Virus record (IMG/VR): IMGVR_UViG_3300035670_000180
Reading direction: 5' to 3' (one strand)
Length of the DNA stretch: 64,000 nucleotides
Source of the DNA: an uncultured virus (IMG/VR IMGVR_UViG_3300035670_000180)
Taxonomy: Duplodnaviria > Heunggongvirae > Uroviricota > Caudoviricetes
In this document: positions 36,742 to 46,529 of the stretch, piece by piece
How positions within the stretch are numbered: the stretch's first letter is position 1
Layout: each line of letters begins with the position of its first letter
Notes under the pieces: model-generated
Told to the model about the DNA's origin: nothing
The model's database searches: none
The model's input: only the letters and a program-made list of their open reading frames with translations
Made by a program: the position numbers and the translations under genes

Positions 36742-37720
36742 TGCGGCCCCCGACGACCCGCTCGAACGCGACCTCGAATATGGCGACCGCCTTGTCGTGA
36801 TCCGCTGGCGCGATCTCCTTCTCGTGGTCAGCCCATGCGGCGTTGATCTCGGTGATTGATGTCGCGGCCTTGCATGCTGCCGACAGTCGTTCGAGCGGCG
36901 AGGCGGGCGCGCTGGGCTTCTTGACCGGCTTCGCGCTGGGCTGCTCGATGATCATCTCCGAGCCGTCGTCGGCGATATCCTCTACGTCGATGATCACGCC
37001 GTCCGAATCGTGCGGCGGGACCGCGGCCTCCTTCCGCTCGGGCTTCGATCTCGCGGGGGCGAATGCGAACTGCCGGTCCTCGCGCTCTATGATCCGCTCG
37101 AGCTCGGGAACGCATGGGACCGTCTTCACCGCGCGGCGAACGACCGTCTTGCGCCACGCCTCTCCGGCGAACTTGGTCCACATAATCGACGAGGACCATT
37201 TCCGGTTCGTGTTGCGGACCGCCTCTATCTGAGTCCTGTCCATCACCTCGCGATGGATGATCGCGCCGTCCTTGCGGAAGATGGCGTAAGCCCCGATCAT
37301 CTGGCCGCGATCCGTGCCGAGCTTCGCCGGGACATGCTCGAGGCGTGGATCATCGCCCTGATGCCAGACGAAGTGGTCGCCCTCGTGGACGACCTCGGCG
37401 GAGAGGATCATCCCGGCAAGCTCCATCGCCCGCTTGCGCAGGCCGTAGAGCATCGGCGTCCATTGCGCCTCGTTGCCGAAGATAACGATGGCGCCCTCGC
37501 GTCCATCGGGATGCAGCCCGTCCTCGGCTGCCTCCGTGATCGCCTGATGCAGCGACCGGCGTTCGACCGTCAGCAGGCGCGGCTCCTGCTTGCATGCGAT
37601 GATCGCGGTGTTGCGGAATCTGTCGATGGATATGTGCGGCGGCAGGATTGACGATATCTCGTCCTGCCGCTGTGCAAGCTCCGACTCGAAGCCCGCGAAT
37701 GTCACGAGCGCCTTGCTCAT
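36734..37720 (-). CDS. recT: RecT-family single-strand annealing protein
   Basis: LPPHI..DRF, GLHPDGREGAIV, VVHEGD.F, GAYA, AWRKTVVRRAVK motifs. Confidence 0.9.
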   Translation of the reverse strand: MSKALVTFAGFESELAQRQDEISSILPPHISIDRFRNTAIIACKQEPRLLTVERRSLHQAITEAAEDGLHPDGREGAIVIFGNEAQWTPMLYGLRKRAMELAGMILSAEVVHEGDHFVWHQGDDPRLEHVPAKLGTDRGQMIGAYAIFRKDGAIIHREVMDRTQIEAVRNTNRKWSSSIMWTKFAGEAWRKTVVRRAVKTVPCVPELERIIEREDRQFAFAPARSKPERKEAAVPPHDSDGVIIDVEDIADDGSEMIIEQPSAKPVKKPSAPASPLERLSAACKAATSITEINAAWADHEKEIAPADHDKAVAIFEVAFERVVGGRNG

Positions 37721-38559
37721 CTGACGATCCTTTCGATCTCGACGACCTTGCAGCCCGGTGCGACCTCGCCGGTCTTGGAGTGGGCCAGATTGACGAGGCG
37801 CCCGATCTCGTTCTTGAGCGCGTCGAGGCCATTGACGCCGAGCTGATCGACGATCCAGGGCACCATCTTGCTGAGAGCGACCGCCTGGACCTTCGGCGGG
37901 AAATTGGCTGGCACGTCCATGACGACCTTTTTCGTCGTCTGGAGCCTCACCTTCCGCCGATTGCCATCCTCATCAGGCAAGCCGCCTGCTGCAGCCCTGG
38001 CGTTCGCGGCAGCTTCGGCATCCCGATCAGCCTGCTGCGCCGCCGCTTGTGCCGCTTTGGCGTCCTCGAGGGCCGCGAGGACGTTTGCTTCAGGTCCAGC
38101 CGCGCCCCTCTCTTGGGCGTCCGCATATGCTTCGTAGGCAGCCTCGGCCGTCTGCTCGGCCTCGCGCGCCGCCTCTTCGGCTTTGCGGCGGGCCTCTTCG
38201 GCCTGCTGTTGTTGCCGTCGGCGCATCTCGGACAGGTAGGGCTGGAGCAGACGGTTGACAGCAGCGCCCGTATCAGATGCTCGCTCGGCCAGCCTCTTCC
38301 AGCGTGCATTGATCGCCTTCCATTCCTTGTGGACGGGGTCTGCCTCGGCCTTGCGGGCCGCATCGATCTCCTTCTCGAGCTTGAAAAGCTCTTCGATCAG
38401 CAGCGCCGCCTCGTCGGCCTGAGCCTGGGTCTCAATCTGTTGGACCGTCGTCACCCATTGCGATCCGCGCGCCTGGAGCGTGCGCGAGCGCTCGTCGAGG
38501 ACTTCGGAGGCTGGTGGGGCATTGCCGCCGATCACGGCGCGCGCATTAGCTACGTTCAT
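37717..38559 (-). CDS. Coiled-coil protein next to recT
   Basis: IGGNAPP N-terminus, long coiled coil, APGC.V C-terminus. Confidence 0.6.
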   Translation of the reverse strand: MNVANARAVIGGNAPPASEVLDERSRTLQARGSQWVTTVQQIETQAQADEAALLIEELFKLEKEIDAARKAEADPVHKEWKAINARWKRLAERASDTGAAVNRLLQPYLSEMRRRQQQQAEEARRKAEEAAREAEQTAEAAYEAYADAQERGAAGPEANVLAALEDAKAAQAAAQQADRDAEAAANARAAAGGLPDEDGNRRKVRLQTTKKVVMDVPANFPPKVQAVALSKMVPWIVDQLGVNGLDALKNEIGRLVNLAHSKTGEVAPGCKVVEIERIVR

Positions 38560-38848
38560 AGAACCCCTCCACAGGCACGAGGGGTTTGACGGCGCCGGGC
38601 TTTGCCAGATCGCTGCACTCGCGCTCGGCCTTGGCAACGGCGTCGTCGCTGTGCTTTTCGGGCTGGCGCAGTTCGTAGCGGACGCTGGTCTCGCTCTCGA
38701 TCACGCCCTTTGCGATCCCGAGCTCGCACAGCCGTCTGACGGCCGCGTAAACGATCTCAGGTGGCAGACTGAGGGCGCTTGCAATCTCCGGGACATAGCC
38801 CGGCCGTTGTCGCAAATAAGATGCGACCCGATGCTGTTCGGTTAGCAT
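38546..38848 (-). CDS. Winged-helix DNA-binding protein
   Basis: EIASALSLPPEIVYAAVRRLCELG HTH pattern. Confidence 0.55.
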   Translation of the reverse strand: MLTEQHRVASYLRQRPGYVPEIASALSLPPEIVYAAVRRLCELGIAKGVIESETSVRYELRQPEKHSDDAVAKAERECSDLAKPGAVKPLVPVEGFYERS

Positions 38849-38965
38849 TGAACATCCCCTGCTTGGCGCGCTCGAGGGGATGGTTGGATGGCTTGAGACC
38901 GCTAGATGCGAGCCTCAAGCCGTTGTGCGAATCGCTGTGTATCCCCCAGAGCGATGGGGAGAAGA

Positions 38966-38980
38966 TTGCATTTCCTGCAA
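38966..38980. promoter_or_regulatory. Operator-like palindrome (OL-like) TTGCATTTCCTGCAA
   Basis: Between the repressor 3' end and the leftward early operon. Confidence 0.65.
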
Positions 38981-39014
38981 CTTGCATCAACGCATAAATT
39001 GCAGGAACGAAACA

Positions 39015-39710
39015 TTACTTAAGAAGTGTTCTCTTTTCGATCACCACGCCGAGGATGGCCTCTGTGCTGGTCCCCGCGACGTAGATTTCGTCGTAGCCTG
39101 GGGCAACGGCCCGCAGGATGTAGCCCGGCGCCCGCTCGTTTGATGGGTGCAGCGGGATGTACTGCCGGAGCACCTCGTCGCCCGTCATCGGGTCCTCCGC
39201 CAGCACGATGTCCCTGGCGGTCGGTGCCCTGGTCGGTTCGATCACGCACCAATCTTGGGCGAATATGGATCGACGCGGGTTCGAAGCATCGACCATTGCG
39301 TCGTCTTCCACCTCGATTGCATAGGCAGATTCAGAGACTTCTGTCGTTGGTGCGTAATTTGACACCAGCTCACGTTCGGCGGCTTGCATCATTCCCCGCT
39401 TCGGTTTGTAGACCCCCACGACTCGGACCGTGGCTCCAAGCGCCGGGGTCGTCCGACTGTCATCACTCCCGCCCTGCTGGGCTCGTATAAGTTCCTCGAT
39501 TGGGACGCCAAACAGGGTAGCCAGCCCGGTTAATTCTTTGATGCGAAAGCTACGGGTTAGCTCGCGTCGATTGTACGTAAAGACTGACAGGCCGATGTAC
39601 TTGCCCGCCTGCTCCTGCGTGAGCCCCAGGCTCTCGCGCATTTCCCGCAACTTAGATCCCGGCTTCGTTCCTGTCGCTTTCGTCCGTCGAGGAGCCATTT
39701 TGTTGCCCAT
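39015..39710 (-). CDS. CI-like repressor (XRE HTH plus degenerate S24 domain); start uncertain
   Basis: LREMRESLGLTQEQAG HTH; AYAIEVEDDAM...DIVLA...ILGVVI S24-like fold; divergent from cro. Confidence 0.8.
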   Translation of the reverse strand: MGNKMAPRRTKATGTKPGSKLREMRESLGLTQEQAGKYIGLSVFTYNRRELTRSFRIKELTGLATLFGVPIEELIRAQQGGSDDSRTTPALGATVRVVGVYKPKRGMMQAAERELVSNYAPTTEVSESAYAIEVEDDAMVDASNPRRSIFAQDWCVIEPTRAPTARDIVLAEDPMTGDEVLRQYIPLHPSNERAPGYILRAVAPGYDEIYVAGTSTEAILGVVIEKRTLLK

Positions 39711-39712
39711 AA

Positions 39713-39751
39713 TTGCAGTTCGTGCAAGTGTACTCGTTGCGTTGTTTGCAA
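39713..39751. promoter_or_regulatory. Two operator-like palindromes (OR-like) between cI and cro
   Basis: TTGCAGTTCGTGCAA (39713-39727) and TTGCGTTGTTTGCAA (39737-39751). Confidence 0.75.
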
Positions 39752-39764
39752 CAGGAGTACGCTT

Positions 39765-39977
39765 ATGCACCCGCTTCGCGCGTGGCGTGTGAAGAACGAC
39801 ATCACGCTAATTGATCTTGCCGCCATGACCGGCGTCAGCAAGTGGACGCTCCTGCGGATCGAGCTCCAGAAAGCTCGCACGCTGGACGTTCGTGACGCGA
39901 TCAGCATTGCGACCGCGACTTCCAGAATATCCAAGCGAGGACGAGTCACGGTCGAGCAATTGGCGGCGTCTGTCTAA
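39765..39977 (+). CDS. Cro-like HTH repressor
   Basis: 70 aa, LRAWR...LAAMTGVSKWTLLRIE; RBS AGGAG. Confidence 0.8.
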   Translation: MHPLRAWRVKNDITLIDLAAMTGVSKWTLLRIELQKARTLDVRDAISIATATSRISKRGRVTVEQLAASV

Positions 39978-39994
39978 CATCCTCAGGGGGAACA

Positions 39995-40348
39995 GTGGCA
40001 AAAAAACTACGTAAAGAACAAGAGCCGGTGACGGCTGACTCAATGGCGAACTTCGTCGGATTTGACCCGGTATCCGCCGCCGACGATGTGGATCGCCTGA
40101 TTGACATGATCGATCAGGCCAAGGAGGGGACCGCCCCGATCAAGGCGGAAAAGTCCCGGCTCAAGGCCGAGCGGGGCTACAACATGAAGGGCGTGGCGAT
40201 GGGCATTGTCATCCGCCGCGCCGATATCCGCGAGGCTCATGACATCGTCCAGACGCTCGTCGCGGTCCTCGAGGGCATCAACGTATTGCAGCCGGGTACC
40301 GCCAAGCTCGTGCCCGATCTCGTTGATATGGCAGAGGAGATGGCGTGA
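39995..40348 (+). CDS. Hypothetical protein, weakly GapR/DUF2312-like
   Basis: Helical ...KAERGYNMK...IRRAD pattern; weak similarity only. Confidence 0.4.
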   Translation: MAKKLRKEQEPVTADSMANFVGFDPVSAADDVDRLIDMIDQAKEGTAPIKAEKSRLKAERGYNMKGVAMGIVIRRADIREAHDIVQTLVAVLEGINVLQPGTAKLVPDLVDMAEEMA

Positions 40349-41061
40349 TGCTTGAATTTCACCCGCTCGCCAATCTTTTCCCCCTCCTCGAGGGCAAGGA
40401 GTTCGACGATCTCGTCCAGTCGATCCGGGACAACGGGCTGATCAATCCGATCATGCTCTGCGACGGCAAGATACTGGACGGCCGCAACCGCTACCGCGCC
40501 TGCTTGGCGGCAGGCGTCGAGCCCGAGTTTGACGTCATGTCGTGGACCGATCCAGACAAATGGATGTCCTACGTCGCGGCCACGAACTTGCAGCGGCGCC
40601 ACCTGACGGATCAGCAACGGGTCGTCATCGCGGCCAAGCTGGTCAAGGGCGGCACGATGCCTAGGGCCGACGCGGCATCGACCATGAGCGTCAACCCGAA
40701 GCTGCTCGAGCGGGCGCTGGTCGTCGAGCGCAATGCCAGCGCCGAGGTCATCGATATGATGACGCGGGGCGAGATATCCGTGGCGCGTGCGCTTGACGTG
40801 ACGCGAGGGGATATCCCCATCGAGGAGGCGCGGCGTGACAATCGTCGCGCCCCGCCCACGAAGCGCGTCGGCAACCACAAGCTGAACGCGATGCGTGGAC
40901 GGCTCAAGGCGCTCTTGGCGCTGAAGCCGGACATCGAGACCATCGTCGCGAAGTGGCAAGGGCGGCCGGAAGACAACGCCGACTTGGCTGAAGCGCTGCG
41001 CATGCTCAATCAGATTGCCAAGCGGACGAGAGAGATCGATGGCGCGTCTGCTGTCGCTTGA
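40345..41061 (+). CDS. ParB/Srx-like N-terminal domain protein
   Basis: HPLANLFP...SIRDNGLINPI...ILDGRNRYRAC...NLQRRHLT. Confidence 0.8.
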   Translation: MMLEFHPLANLFPLLEGKEFDDLVQSIRDNGLINPIMLCDGKILDGRNRYRACLAAGVEPEFDVMSWTDPDKWMSYVAATNLQRRHLTDQQRVVIAAKLVKGGTMPRADAASTMSVNPKLLERALVVERNASAEVIDMMTRGEISVARALDVTRGDIPIEEARRDNRRAPPTKRVGNHKLNAMRGRLKALLALKPDIETIVAKWQGRPEDNADLAEALRMLNQIAKRTREIDGASAVA

Positions 41062-41560
41062 TCTCGCCACCAAGACCGGCTGGGCCTTCGGGACGACGGA
41101 GGCGGGCGACCCCGTCTCCGGCGTTCTCTCCCTCCCCAAGACCGGCGTCGAGCTCGGGCCATACCTCAACGACTTCGCCCAATGGCTCAATCGGCTCTGC
41201 ATTGAGCATGACGTGGAGCAGATCGTCTACGAGGAGCCGATCATGCCAATGGGGTCGATCCGCAAGGACACCCTCATGAAGCTCTACAATCTGGCGGGCA
41301 CGGCTGAGCGTGTCGCGCATCATCGCAAAGTGCCCGTGCGTTCTGTCGATGCGGGTACCTGGAAGAAGTTCTTCTGCGGGCGTGGCGGCTTCGGGAAATC
41401 CACGAAGCCCTATCCGCCGATCATCAAGTGTCGCGAGTATGGCTGGCAGCCGAAAGACGACAACGAGGCCGATGCTATCGGGCTCTGGTTCTACGGCTGC
41501 GCGGTCCTGTCCCCCAAGGAGTACATGAGATTTGACCCCTTACTACGGAGGGCCGCGTAG
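41039..41560 (+). CDS. RuvC-like Holliday junction resolvase
   Basis: LSLDLATKTGWA, IVYEEP, DDNEADAIG acidic motifs. Confidence 0.75.
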   Translation: MARLLSLDLATKTGWAFGTTEAGDPVSGVLSLPKTGVELGPYLNDFAQWLNRLCIEHDVEQIVYEEPIMPMGSIRKDTLMKLYNLAGTAERVAHHRKVPVRSVDAGTWKKFFCGRGGFGKSTKPYPPIIKCREYGWQPKDDNEADAIGLWFYGCAVLSPKEYMRFDPLLRRAA

Positions 41561-41563
41561 GCC

Positions 41564-42775
41564 ATGTCACGGACCACACGCATCATCCTGGGCGTGGGCG
41601 CGCTGCTCGCCGCCCTTTGCCTGATGGCGGTATCCATTGCCGCCAACGTCAAGTTCGCCCGCTCGTTCGGTCAGTCGGAGCTCGACAAGGTGATCCTGTC
41701 CGGCGCCTCGATAGCGTCCGACCTGTTCAAGAGCGTGGCTGTCGCGGTTCTCTTTTTCATGATCGCCCGGCGCCGCTGGGTCGGGGCGGCATCAATCGCC
41801 GCGCTCGGCTCGGTCTCCATTGTATTCTCGCTTATGTCGGCGACCGGGTTCGTAGCTGGCGAGCGGTTCCACTCGTTCTACATTGCGACGGCGGCTCGGG
41901 ACAACACCGCTGCGGATCGTCAGATGCTGATCGAGCGGCAGAAGGATCGCGGATGGCTGCCGACCAACAAGCCGTTGCCGGTGGTCGAGGCTGAGATCGC
42001 GGCGTTGCGCCTGGACCCGAGCTGGGCCGCGACGAACGGCTGCCGTCAGTACATCACAGCAGGACGCCGTGAGACGCTGTGCAGGCGCTACGGCGAGCTG
42101 TCCGTCGAGCTGGCAGCCGCCCAGACCGCCAAGGCCGAGGACGCCAGGATTGCGGCGGCCCGGCAGGAAATCCGAGATCATGGCCGGGAGTACGGGGACC
42201 CGCTCGTCGAGACGATCCGCGCGTTCGTGGGCGTTGATGAGCGCACGATCCTGCTGGGTCTGATCGCGCTCTCTGTCGCGCTGATCGAGATCGGGAGCGC
42301 GCTGGGCCTGCCCGTGGCGCTGGCGATGTTGATGCCGGACAAGGCGAGCACGGTCCTGGCCGTGACGCCGAGGGCGCCGACGTTCCGCGTCGATCCGGCG
42401 CCAGAGGAGGCCGTCGTGTCGATCCGTCAGGGCGTCCCGCCGCCTATTCCGCGTCGGCCGATGCCGCCTGTCCAAAACCCGGCTGTTGCCTCTGTGCCTG
42501 AGCCTGTGCGTCGGGCACCGCAACCGCCACCAGTTGCATCCGTACCCCAGGCGCCGCCCGCGATGGCGGAACCAGCCACGGCGCCGCCGACGACGCCTGC
42601 ACCTGAGCCCGATCCTGTGGCGGTGCATCGGATCGTCCCCAGGCAGCGCCCGTCTTTTCCTGAGCCCGCCGCCGACATGCCGGTGGCTGGCGGGCTGAAA
42701 GGTGGCATCCGGCGTGCCAGCGCGGCCGAGGTGGCCGCCATGATCGAGCGGGCCAAAGCAAACCGCGTTGCATAA
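41564..42775 (+). CDS. Membrane protein with coiled coil and Pro-rich tail
   Basis: Three N-terminal TM segments, a fourth near aa 230-255, then P/A-rich tail. Confidence 0.65.
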   Translation: MSRTTRIILGVGALLAALCLMAVSIAANVKFARSFGQSELDKVILSGASIASDLFKSVAVAVLFFMIARRRWVGAASIAALGSVSIVFSLMSATGFVAGERFHSFYIATAARDNTAADRQMLIERQKDRGWLPTNKPLPVVEAEIAALRLDPSWAATNGCRQYITAGRRETLCRRYGELSVELAAAQTAKAEDARIAAARQEIRDHGREYGDPLVETIRAFVGVDERTILLGLIALSVALIEIGSALGLPVALAMLMPDKASTVLAVTPRAPTFRVDPAPEEAVVSIRQGVPPPIPRRPMPPVQNPAVASVPEPVRRAPQPPPVASVPQAPPAMAEPATAPPTTPAPEPDPVAVHRIVPRQRPSFPEPAADMPVAGGLKGGIRRASAAEVAAMIERAKANRVA

Positions 42776-43157
42776 GTTGCAATTAATCGATGCCGCCTCG
42801 GTGATGCCGGGGCGGCTTTTTCATGCCCTGAAGCATGTGATTTTCAACAAAAAAGCCCCGACGTTGGTGCGCCGGGGCGAGAGTTGGGAGGTGCGACCTC
42901 TTGGGCTGCACCGTTGGAATGACCGTATTCGCAACGACTGGCAAGCACGTCTTTGCAGTTCTTGCAAACAAGCGCGACATGCCCCTATCATGACGCCGCC
43001 GCCAAACGCAAAGACCCCGCTCGTTCGCGCGAGCGGGGCCGGATCGTGAAGCAGCAAGAAGGGGTCTACGTCGGACGAAAGCCAAAACGGTGCGCGCAGC
43101 TTATCGCGCGGCGTCGTCCGAGGTCAAGCCCCGCATCATTCAAAACGGGGGTCCATT

Positions 43158-44648
43158 ATGGACGGTCAATCACGCATCATATCCGAACACGAAGTCGAAG
43201 CGCTCGAGGCGTCGGCGATGGCCGCTACCATGCCTCGCGCGTGGCGGTCATACGATGAGCTGCGGGCGCTGCGCAGCGACATCAGGGGCAAGCGCGGCGA
43301 GGAGCTGGCGGCGGCGATAGCTGTGCAGCGCGATGCGATCCGAGATGACCTTGCCCGGTACATCAAGGGCGAGCGCGACGGCTGCCTGTTTGGCGACGAT
43401 CTCGATTTCCGTCAAACGCCCTGGCGGCGGGCTGCTCTGGCCGGGCATGCTGCGATGGCGGCGATAGCGATAGCCCGAGCCAATCCATCCCACCCCATCG
43501 ACCAAGCCCTGGCGGTGATCGTCAGCATTGCGTGCGACAACAACAGGGGCGGTGTCAGCCTTTCCAACAAAGCTATCGGGGAGCTTCTTGGTCGGTCAGA
43601 AAAGAGCATCATCGATGCGTGGCGGCGCCTTGAGGCGTCCGGCTATTGCGTCACATCGCGGGGCAAGCACTTCGCTCGGAGCCTCCGCACGGGCCTCATG
43701 CCCGCCATGGCCTTCGCCGACATCAACACCATTGCGAGCGCTTTTGGATGCCGATTGGACATCCAACCCCTGAAGGAGGGTTCAGGGGTCCAAACGGCTG
43801 AACCCCTGAAGGAGGGTTCAGGGGTTACCTCGAAACAACCCCTGAAGGAGGGTTCAGGGGTAAGCGGTTTACCCCTGAAGGAGGGTTCAGGGGTTCCATG
43901 CACCCAACCCCTGAAGGAGGGTTCAGGGGTAAACGCCCAACCCCTGAAGGAGGGTTCAGGGGACATACTATTCTCTACTTCTTCTCTTAATAAAAAAGAT
44001 TCTCTAGCTAGCTTCTCTAGCTCGCGCGCTCACGCGCACGGGGGCAAGGCGGGCGAGGCGTTGCCTTGGGATAACAATCACCCGGATCACCCCGACTACA
44101 ACAACCTGATGCCCGACATCCCGTTCCGGCCGCTGACCGACGAGGAGAAGGAGCGGGACTGGGCGATACTCCAGGCCGACATGGACATCGCACCGGTCCC
44201 GCCCGTCTTTAACGACACTGACAGGATCTTCGGGAGGACCGCCCAGCCAGCGGCGGAGCCGAAGCAGGAGCCGAAGCAGGAGCAGCAGCAGCAGCAGCCC
44301 CCGACCAGCGACTCCGCAGAGGGCATCACGGTGACGTCGAACTGCATCAAGGCGGTTCTGGTCTACGACGACCGAAACGGCGTTGAGCGCACCATCGCCA
44401 AGACGTTCCGGCTGAGCGACCTCGAGCACATCGCGAAGGTCTGCCACGTCGCGATGAGCGAGATCACCGAGCACGTCGTTGCGATCCTCGTCGACTGGCG
44501 CGACCGGAGATTCGGAGGCGGCAGCAAGCCCATCGAGACGATGTGCAAGGATTTGCGCGCACGCCTTGATGATCGCCGGGACGCGCTGCTCAACACCAAG
44601 GCCCCGTTCATCCCGCGATTCCCCCACGAACGGCCGATGAAATCCTGA
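43158..44648 (+). CDS. Replication initiator (lambda O-like, HTH) carrying internal iterons
   Basis: SNKAIGELLGRSEKSIIDAWRRLEASGY HTH; six PLKEGSG repeats; upstream of primase/helicase. Confidence 0.7.
   Translation: MDGQSRIISEHEVEALEASAMAATMPRAWRSYDELRALRSDIRGKRGEELAAAIAVQRDAIRDDLARYIKGERDGCLFGDDLDFRQTPWRRAALAGHAAMAAIAIARANPSHPIDQALAVIVSIACDNNRGGVSLSNKAIGELLGRSEKSIIDAWRRLEASGYCVTSRGKHFARSLRTGLMPAMAFADINTIASAFGCRLDIQPLKEGSGVQTAEPLKEGSGVTSKQPLKEGSGVSGLPLKEGSGVPCTQPLKEGSGVNAQPLKEGSGDILFSTSSLNKKDSLASFSSSRAHAHGGKAGEALPWDNNHPDHPDYNNLMPDIPFRPLTDEEKERDWAILQADMDIAPVPPVFNDTDRIFGRTAQPAAEPKQEPKQEQQQQQPPTSDSAEGITVTSNCIKAVLVYDDRNGVERTIAKTFRLSDLEHIAKVCHVAMSEITEHVVAILVDWRDRRFGGGSKPIETMCKDLRARLDDRRDALLNTKAPFIPRFPHERPMKS
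43766..44005. repeat. Putative replication origin: six ACCCCTGAAGGAGGGTTCAGGGG iterons plus AT-rich tract
   Basis: Copies at 43766, 43802, 43838, 43871, 43907, 43940 (spacing 36/36/33/36/33), each an inverted repeat; followed by CTCTTAATAAAAAAGATT. Confidence 0.8.
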
Positions 44649-45076
44649 TGGGCTGGGAGGCCATGCTCGCGGAGTTAGGGATCGATGCCCGGCTCCGTGG
44701 GCGATGGACCAGGGTCAACTGCCCGTGGTGCCATCAGCCGCGCAAGACGCCCCACACGCTGGCTATCTGCGTCGACGGGGATCACGTCGGCATCGTGTGC
44801 CATCGATGCGAGCGCAAGGCGCGGATTTACGAAAACGCGACGAAAGAACAAATCACGAGACTTGGGGGACGACTGGATGCTGGCGCAGGGTCATCGGGCG
44901 TGGCTGGAGACGGAGCGGGGGATCGATCTCGACGTGGCGGATCGGATCGGCGTCGAGACGCGGGGGCCTCGAATCGGATTCCCGTCGCAGACGCCGGATG
45001 GAAAGCTCGTCGCATGGAAGCTCTTGCTGCCGGGCGGCGACAAGTCTCGCAAATGGACGACAGAGACGATCAGTGA
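44648..45076 (+). CDS. Primase zinc-binding domain protein
   Basis: CPWC...TLAICVD...CHRC; the C-terminal half overlaps the next gene out of frame. Confidence 0.6.
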   Translation: MGWEAMLAELGIDARLRGRWTRVNCPWCHQPRKTPHTLAICVDGDHVGIVCHRCERKARIYENATKEQITRLGGRLDAGAGSSGVAGDGAGDRSRRGGSDRRRDAGASNRIPVADAGWKARRMEALAAGRRQVSQMDDRDDQ

Positions 45077-46448
45077 CGCGCCTGCGCTGTTCAACGGCGC
45101 AGCCATCGCAGACAAGGCGGTTGCCGAGGCTGGCGAGGCGCTGGTGATCACCGAGGGCGAGCTGGATTGCCTGACGGCGCTCGCTGCGGGCTACGTGGCG
45201 GTGTCTGGGACCAAGGGCGCTGCCACGTCCGCATCGGATGCACGGCTTGACCCATTCCGGGCGGAGGCGATGCAGCACTGGCAGACGATCATCCTGGCGA
45301 CCGATGGCGACGAGAAGGGCGTGGCGTATCGCGAAGTCCTGGCCGGGCTATTCGACGAGGCCCGATGCAAGTTCGTCCAGTACCCCGAGGGCTGCAAAGA
45401 CCTCAACGAGGTGCGCGTCAAGCTGGGGCCGGACGCGGTGCGCGCCTGCCTCGACGGGGCGCGTCCCTATCCGCTCGCCGGTGTATTCACGCTCGACGAT
45501 TACCCTGAGGCGGAGATCGAAGCATACCGCATGGAGATGCCCGGCCTCGACGACCTGTACCGCCCGTTTCGCGGCGGCATGACTGTCGTGGCTGGCGTCA
45601 GTTCGCACGGCAAATCCACGTGGCTGACGGGCGTCGTCTGCGATCTCGTCTGCCGGGGGATGCGGGCGTGCGTTGCCTCGTTCGAGGAGCCCGTGAAACC
45701 CTTCTACCGGGACCGACTGCGGCGGTACTGGCATGGCCGGTCCAAGAGGGTCCGATCCATCAAGCGGAGCCACGAGGCCGGATTCCAGAACCTGAAGGTG
45801 ACGATGTCCGACGAGGATCGGCGCGCAGCTGATCAATGGATTCGCGACGGATTCGTGTTCATGGACCGCACGGCGAGCGAGGATGGCGAGCTCCCGACCA
45901 TCCCCTGGCTGCTCGAGATGGCCGACAAAGCACTCATGAGGCACGGCTACGACGTGCTCGTGGTGGACCCCTGGAACAAGATCGATTTCGACGGCGGGCG
46001 CGATCCGATCCGGGCCGAGCGGCAGGCGCTGAACGCGCTCAAGTCGTTCGCGCGGCGGCGGAACATCATGCTGTTCGTGGTGACCCATCCGAACCGAGGC
46101 GTTTACAATCCGGCCAAGGGCGAGACCCGCGAGCCGACGATGGCCGACATCAGCGGCGGCGGGCATTGGGAGGGCATGGCCGACCATGTCGTGATCGTTC
46201 ATCGCAAGGACCGCCTGACATCGCGCACGTCGATCAAGATCGACAAGGTCAAGTGGCACGGCACCGGGCGGCTCGGCACGATGGATATGATCTACAATCG
46301 CAACGCCGAGTATTTTTTCTCGGCGCCCGCTGCGCCAGATGAGGCGGCGGCGGTCCACGGCACTATGCCGGACGGCATCGGCCAAGCTGATCCGTTTGAC
46401 AGAGGCCCTACGGTCCCTCCGTTCGTCTCCGACATCGTTGAGTTCTGA
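44877..46448 (+). CDS. TOPRIM primase - DnaB-like (T7 gp4/Twinkle-type) helicase
   Basis: ITEGELDCL, ATDGDEKG, CKDLNE; Walker A GVSSHGKST, Walker B VVDPW, DISGGG. Confidence 0.9.
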   Translation: MLAQGHRAWLETERGIDLDVADRIGVETRGPRIGFPSQTPDGKLVAWKLLLPGGDKSRKWTTETISDAPALFNGAAIADKAVAEAGEALVITEGELDCLTALAAGYVAVSGTKGAATSASDARLDPFRAEAMQHWQTIILATDGDEKGVAYREVLAGLFDEARCKFVQYPEGCKDLNEVRVKLGPDAVRACLDGARPYPLAGVFTLDDYPEAEIEAYRMEMPGLDDLYRPFRGGMTVVAGVSSHGKSTWLTGVVCDLVCRGMRACVASFEEPVKPFYRDRLRRYWHGRSKRVRSIKRSHEAGFQNLKVTMSDEDRRAADQWIRDGFVFMDRTASEDGELPTIPWLLEMADKALMRHGYDVLVVDPWNKIDFDGGRDPIRAERQALNALKSFARRRNIMLFVVTHPNRGVYNPAKGETREPTMADISGGGHWEGMADHVVIVHRKDRLTSRTSIKIDKVKWHGTGRLGTMDMIYNRNAEYFFSAPAAPDEAAAVHGTMPDGIGQADPFDRGPTVPPFVSDIVEF

Positions 46449-46529
46449 GTAGTGATTCCTTGCGCAAGGGGCCTTTTTGTGATTCACAGATTGCAGATTG
46501 TGCAAGCGTCAACGGAACGGAGATTGCGT

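Noticed and set aside
43766..43962. Iterons as IS200/605 end hairpins or a CRISPR/TIGR array (shared CCCTGAAGG)
   Set aside because: They are in-frame inside the initiator gene, next to an AT-rich tract, with a different palindrome centre; origin iterons explain them.
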